Source of the DNA: Eubacteriales bacterium
GTDB lineage: Bacteria > Bacillota > Clostridia > Oscillospirales > JAAYXM01
NCBI GenBank assembly: GCA_045636165.1
Contig: JAZTWZ010000095.1
Span: 1-52,332 of the forward strand
Direction: 5' to 3'
Length of the DNA stretch: 52,332 nucleotides
Both the position numbers and the translations under genes were made by a program. The notes beneath the pieces are model-generated. The model was given only the letters and a program-made list of their open reading frames with translations. It ran no database searches and was not told the DNA's origin. Below, piece after piece: positions 48,076 to 52,332 of this stretch; the stretch's first letter is position 1; every line of letters starts with the position of its first letter.

Positions 48076-49821
48076 ATGACAATTTTTGATGTTTTGACGC
48101 TTATAGGCGGCTTGTGCCTGTTCCTCTTTGGTATGGACCTTATGGGACAGGCTCTTGAGAGAAGTGCAGGAAGCCGACTTCGTAACATTTTGGGGCGTCT
48201 TACAAAAAACAAATTTGCAGGGCTTTTAACAGGTCTTTGCGTAACTGCAGTTATCCAGAGTTCATCTGCGACGACTGTTATGGTAGTAGGTTTTGTAAAC
48301 TCTTCTCTTATGACGCTCAAACAGGCAATCGGCGTTATCATGGGAGCAAACATCGGTACAACGGTTACCGCGTGGATACTTTCTCTCGGCGGAATACAGG
48401 GTGATAATATTATCCTCTCGCTTTTGAAGCCGACATCGTTCACGCCCGTTCTTGCGCTTGTCGGAATAATTTTCTATATGTTCATAAAAGACAAGAGAAA
48501 GAAAGATTTCGGTATAATCTTCCTCGGGTTTGCAACTCTTATGTTCGGAATGGATACTATGTCAGATGCGGTTGCAGGGCTTAAGAATGTTCCTGCATTT
48601 GCCGAATTGTTTATTATGTTCAAAAACCCGATTCTCGGCGTTGCGGCAGGTGCAATTCTCACGGCTATCATCCAGTCAAGCTCGGCATCTGTCGGTATCT
48701 TGCAGGCTCTTGCGGTTACGGGGCAGGTAAGCTACGGTGCGGCAATTCCGATAATTATGGGTCAGAATATAGGTACATGTATAACAGCGATAATTTCTTG
48801 CTTCGGAACAAACAGAAATGCAAAGCGCGCAGCGCTTGTTCACCTCACATTTAATGTGTTGGGTACGGCTATATGCCTTATCATATTCACGCTCGTAAAG
48901 AGCTTCTTTGTAGTTCCGTTGTTTGACGAAGGTGCAACGATGGCGGGAATTGCGATTTCCCACTCATTGTTCAATGTGTTCTGTACGGCGATTCTCTTCC
49001 CGATGTCGGGACTCTTGGAAAAAATTGCAATCAGGCTTATCCCTGATGCAAAGGGAGAAGAGAAGAAAGTTGAGATTGACGAGCGTCTCCTCGCAACTCC
49101 GGCAATCGCGCTTGAGCAGTGCCACTCTCTTGCGGTGGAAATGTTTGACTGCGCTGTGAAGACATTGCAGGGAGGACTTCTGGCGTTTAAGAATTATTCA
49201 CCTGCTCTTGCGGATGAAATCTGCGAAAACGAGGAAAAGACAGACCATTACGAGGATATTATCGGAACCTTCCTTGTTAAACTCAGTTCTTATGAGCTCT
49301 CGAAAAGAGATAGTGCGGAAGCTGCAAAGCTTCTTAAGCTTATCGGAGATTTCGAGAGAATCTCAGACCACGGCGTAAATCTTCTCAAATCAGCAGAGGA
49401 GCTTATGGAAAAGAAAATCGTGCTTACCGATGCGGCTGTTTCAGAGCTTGAGGTTATATTTGGAGCAACGGATGAAATTCTTGATACAACCCGTCGAGCA
49501 TTCATCGAAAACGATATGGATGCGGCGCATAGTGTCGAGCCGCTTGAACAGGTTATCGACAATCTCAAGGAAGTTCTCCGCGCAAGACATATTGTGAGAC
49601 TTCAGCAGGGAGAGTGCTCTATCGAGGCAGGTTTTGTCTGGTCGGATATTCTTACGAATATCGGAAGAAGTTCTGACCACTGCTCGAATATTGCAGGCTG
49701 CGTGATTGATATGGCAGACTCTTCGTTTAATCTCCATGAAGAAATCAGAGCGTTCCGCGATACGGACGGTCTCTTTAAGGAAAGATACGAAGAATACAGC
49801 AGAAAATATCAGCTTAATTAA
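48076..49821 (+). CDS. Na/Pi cotransporter family protein with C-terminal PhoU-like domain
   Basis: GG...FLFGM..M...L, QSSSATT and GANIGTT repeats occur twice. C-terminal helical PhoU-like repeats (ERI.DH). Confidence 0.88.
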   Translation: MTIFDVLTLIGGLCLFLFGMDLMGQALERSAGSRLRNILGRLTKNKFAGLLTGLCVTAVIQSSSATTVMVVGFVNSSLMTLKQAIGVIMGANIGTTVTAWILSLGGIQGDNIILSLLKPTSFTPVLALVGIIFYMFIKDKRKKDFGIIFLGFATLMFGMDTMSDAVAGLKNVPAFAELFIMFKNPILGVAAGAILTAIIQSSSASVGILQALAVTGQVSYGAAIPIIMGQNIGTCITAIISCFGTNRNAKRAALVHLTFNVLGTAICLIIFTLVKSFFVVPLFDEGATMAGIAISHSLFNVFCTAILFPMSGLLEKIAIRLIPDAKGEEKKVEIDERLLATPAIALEQCHSLAVEMFDCAVKTLQGGLLAFKNYSPALADEICENEEKTDHYEDIIGTFLVKLSSYELSKRDSAEAAKLLKLIGDFERISDHGVNLLKSAEELMEKKIVLTDAAVSELEVIFGATDEILDTTRRAFIENDMDAAHSVEPLEQVIDNLKEVLRARHIVRLQQGECSIEAGFVWSDILTNIGRSSDHCSNIAGCVIDMADSSFNLHEEIRAFRDTDGLFKERYEEYSRKYQLN

Positions 49822-49858
49822 AAAATACAGGGAATGGAAAGTCATTCCCTGTATTTTT
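49822..49858 (+). terminator. Intrinsic terminator after the Na/Pi cotransporter gene
   Basis: atacagggaatg/cattccctgtat 12-bp stem followed by T5. Confidence 0.85.
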
Positions 49859-49868
49859 GTATATTCTT

Positions 49869-49897
49869 TTGAAATAAATGCAAAATAAAGGTAAAAT
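49869..49897 (+). promoter_or_regulatory. Sigma-A-type promoter for adh
   Basis: TTGAAA, 17 nt spacer, TAAAAT. Confidence 0.5.
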
Positions 49898-49917
49898 ATT
49901 TTAAAAGGAGATCGACA

Positions 49918-50976
49918 ATGAAAGGTTATGCGATGCTTAAAATCGGCAAAACCGGTTGGATAGAAAAGGAGAGACCGAAATGCGGTGAACTTGATGCGAT
50001 ATGCCGACCCATTGCGCTTGCGCCTTGCACTTCGGACATACACACTGTATGGGAAGGTGCGCTCGGTGAGCGCGAGAATATGATTTTAGGGCACGAGGCT
50101 GTCGGAGAGGTTGTTGAGGTCGGAAGCCTTGTCCGCGATTTTAAGCCGGGAGACCGTGTTCTTATTTCGGCAATCACACCAGACTGGGGAAAAACCGAAG
50201 CGCAGGGCGGATACTCCATGCATTCGGGCGGTATGCTCTCGGGATGGAAGTTTTCAAACTTCAAAGACGGTGTTTTTTCGGAGTTTTTCCATGTAAACGA
50301 AGCTGATGCAAACTTAGCTCACCTTCCTGACGGAATGGACCTTGCCGCGGCGTGTATGATAAGTGATATGGTGCCGACGGGGGTCCACGGTGCAGAGCTT
50401 TGCAATATAGCATTTGGAGATAATGTCGCGGTTATAGGTATTGGTCCTGTCGGGCTTATGTCGGTTGCGGCATCTGCGATACGGGGTGCTGCACGAATCT
50501 TCGCCGTCGGATCCCGTCCCAACTGCGTAGCACTTGCAAAGGAGTATGGTGCAACGGATGTAGTCAACTACCGCGAAGGCAATATTGCAGACCAGATTCT
50601 TTCTCTTACTGACGGCAGGGGTGTTGACAAGGTGGTCGTTGCAGGTGGAGATAACGATACATTTGTTGATGCGGTAAGGATGCTTAAGCCCGGTGGAATA
50701 ATCGGAAATGTAAACTACCTCGGTGAGGGCGATTCGGTAAAGATTCCGAGAATTGAGTGGGGCTGCGGAATGGGGCATAAGGATATCAGAGGCGGTCTTA
50801 TGCCCGGTGGAAGACTTCGCTCAGAGCGACTTGCGAGACTTGTAATGACGGGACGACTTCACCCCGAAAAACTCGTAACACACACATTCCACGGCTTTGA
50901 GGGGGTAGAAGAGGCCCTTGTGCTTATGAAGGATAAACCGAAAGACCTCATAAAGCCGCTTGTTATTATTGATTAA
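49918..50976 (+). CDS. adh: Zinc-dependent NADP-dependent secondary-alcohol dehydrogenase (Thermoanaerobacter/C. beijerinckii type)
   Basis: MKGYAMLKIGK.GWIEKE.P....DAI.RP.A.APCTSDIHTV.EGA.GER.NMILGHEAVGEVVEVGS.V.DFKPGDRV closely follows the TbADH/CbADH N-terminus as I recall it. GIGPVGL cofactor loop. Confidence 0.9.
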   Translation: MKGYAMLKIGKTGWIEKERPKCGELDAICRPIALAPCTSDIHTVWEGALGERENMILGHEAVGEVVEVGSLVRDFKPGDRVLISAITPDWGKTEAQGGYSMHSGGMLSGWKFSNFKDGVFSEFFHVNEADANLAHLPDGMDLAAACMISDMVPTGVHGAELCNIAFGDNVAVIGIGPVGLMSVAASAIRGAARIFAVGSRPNCVALAKEYGATDVVNYREGNIADQILSLTDGRGVDKVVVAGGDNDTFVDAVRMLKPGGIIGNVNYLGEGDSVKIPRIEWGCGMGHKDIRGGLMPGGRLRSERLARLVMTGRLHPEKLVTHTFHGFEGVEEALVLMKDKPKDLIKPLVIID

Positions 50977-50988
50977 GCCGAAAAAAGA

Positions 50989-51017
50989 TTGACTTTTCAA
51001 TAAAAATGTTGTAAAAT
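50989..51017 (+). promoter_or_regulatory. Sigma-A-type promoter of the pheS T-box leader
   Basis: TTGACT, 17 nt spacer, TAAAAT. Confidence 0.6.
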
Positions 51018-51023
51018 ACACTT

Positions 51024-51277
51024 TGGACTGTGAAGGTGTGTAAGTAGCCGTCATCATATCGGAAAAGAGAACGGAAATCGGCAGGCTGTGAGTTTCCGTA
51101 CCGTGGGTGGCGAGTGAATTTCAGCATTGGAGTCTTCTGCGAAATTCGAAAGATATAAGCAGGGTGTCGGCGTCCACGAAATGACGCATCAAAAGTGCAG
51201 AAAGCTATTTCTGTATTTGGGTGGTACCGCGGGCAATTTCAGCTCGTCCCGATTTATCGGGGCGAGCTTTTTTTATT
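51024..51277 (+). promoter_or_regulatory. T-box riboswitch leader (Phe-specific, candidate specifier UUC at 51145-51147)
   Basis: AGAGA box at 51066-51070. Conserved T-box GGGTGGTACCGCGG at 51219-51232. Terminator at 51241-51277. The downstream gene is pheS. Confidence 0.85.
51241..51277 (+). terminator. T-box attenuator terminator
   Basis: agctcgtcccga / ttta / tcggggcgagct 12-bp stem followed by T7. Confidence 0.85.
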
Positions 51278-51298
51278 ATCTATGAAAGGAAGATGAAA

Positions 51299-52332
51299 AT
51301 GTCAGAGAAAACAAACGAACTCAAGTCGCAATTCCTGTCAGAACTCGAAGTCTGTGAAACAATGGACGCTCTTGAGGAAATAAGAGTAAAATATCTCGGC
51401 AAGAAGGGTCTTGTAACAGAGCTTTTGAAGGATATGAAGAGCCTCTCTAATGAAGAGAAGAAGACCTTCGGTCAGGCAGTCAATGTCCTTAAGGAAGAAG
51501 TTTCCGATAAGATTTCGGAGAAGCGCGAGGAGATAAAGCAGAAGGAGATTGAGCGCGAAAACAGTCTTATGCCGGAGTTTGATGTATCTGCTCCTGCAGA
51601 CCTTACACGCGGCTCATATCATCCGATAACTCTCGTTCAGCGTCAGTGCGAGGAGATATTCCGTTCAATGGGCTTTGCCGTTGAAGATTACAGTGAGGTA
51701 GTTACGGACTATGAGTGCTTCGAGGCTCTCAATATCCCGAAGAACCATCCTGCCCGTGATATGCAGGATACATACTATCTTGAAAACGGTCAGCTTCTTA
51801 AGTCCCACACCTCGGCTGCACAGAACGCGATTTATAAGAAGTATAAAGACGCGCTCATAAACGAGGGCAAGCCGATTAAGGCAATCTTCCCGGGCCGTTG
51901 CTTCAGAAACGAGGCGACAGATGCTTGCCACGAGAACACATTCTTCCAGATGGAAGGTGTTATGGTTGATAAGAATATATCAATCTCAAACCTCATCTTC
52001 TTTATGAAGACCATGCTTTCCGAGGTTTTTCAGAAGGATATCAAGGTTCGTCTCCGTCCGGGCTTCTTCCCGTTCGTTGAACCGGGCTTTGAGCTTGATA
52101 TAAGCTGCCTCATCTGCGGCGGCGAGGGCTGCGCTTCCTGTAAGCACAGCGGATGGCTTGAGCTTTGCCCATGCGGTATGATTCACCCTGAAGTACTTCG
52201 CGCAGGCGGAATCGACCCCGAGGAATATACGGGCTTTGCTTTCGGCCTCGGTTTAACGCGACTTGCAATGATGAAATACGGCGTAAAAGATATCCGCGAC
52301 TTAAACTCGGGAAGCCTTAAGGTTCTTTCTCA
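51299..52332 (+). CDS. pheS: Phenylalanine--tRNA ligase alpha subunit (3' end runs off the window)
   Basis: The frame stays open from the ATG at 51299 (an alternative ATG is at 51293) to the window end, so it is absent from the ORF track. HPARDMQDT, FRNE, GFAFGLG...R.AM class II motifs. Confidence 0.93.
   Translation, partial: MSEKTNELKSQFLSELEVCETMDALEEIRVKYLGKKGLVTELLKDMKSLSNEEKKTFGQAVNVLKEEVSDKISEKREEIKQKEIERENSLMPEFDVSAPADLTRGSYHPITLVQRQCEEIFRSMGFAVEDYSEVVTDYECFEALNIPKNHPARDMQDTYYLENGQLLKSHTSAAQNAIYKKYKDALINEGKPIKAIFPGRCFRNEATDACHENTFFQMEGVMVDKNISISNLIFFMKTMLSEVFQKDIKVRLRPGFFPFVEPGFELDISCLICGGEGCASCKHSGWLELCPCGMIHPEVLRAGGIDPEEYTGFAFGLGLTRLAMMKYGVKDIRDLNSGSLKVLS

Noticed and set aside
47853-48443. 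196-aa minus-strand ORF spanning the HAD 3' end, a terminator, a promoter and the Na/Pi 5' end
   Set aside because: It crosses a strong terminator and promoter and is antisense to two supported genes.
49441-50043. 200-aa minus-strand ORF spanning the Na/Pi 3' end and the adh 5' end
   Set aside because: It crosses a terminator and promoter and is antisense to supported genes.

Overview
This window reads as ordinary core chromosome from an endospore-forming Firmicute, most likely a Clostridia-type organism. Almost all genes are on the + strand, tightly packed and often translationally coupled. I found no rRNA or tRNA genes, CRISPR arrays, IS elements, integrases, phage modules or recognisable defence cassettes. 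Three blocks show synteny familiar from Bacillus and Clostridium. The first is yabM/spoVB-like flippase, mazG, hup, yabO, yabP, yabQ, divIC, yabR, spoIIP (5.3-11.1 kb). The second is gdpP, rplI, dnaB fused directly to tilS, hpt, ftsH (27.6-35.1 kb). The third is yqfC, yqfD, phoH, ybeY, dgkA, rlmD (38.9-43.6 kb). Around these sit housekeeping genes (dtd, mtaD, trmK, nif3-like, rqcH, aroQ, efp, adh, pheS), transporters (NhaC, two alanine/glycine:cation symporters, an MFS transporter, a Na/Pi cotransporter) and a Phe T-box leader upstream of pheS. I see no clear multi-gene novel system. The features most worth a second look are listed here:
- an extremely Cys/Asp-rich small protein apparently co-transcribed with efp
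- a lipoprotein gene split by an in-frame TGA
- a ~300-nt unexplained intergenic region with a GC-rich core downstream of an orphan, oppositely oriented processive GT2 synthase
- an orphan E2-type acyltransferase domain with Glu in place of the catalytic His
- an apparently degenerate NodB deacetylase
- an orphan ORF convergent with rqcH

All family assignments come from motif recognition by eye. No database search was possible.
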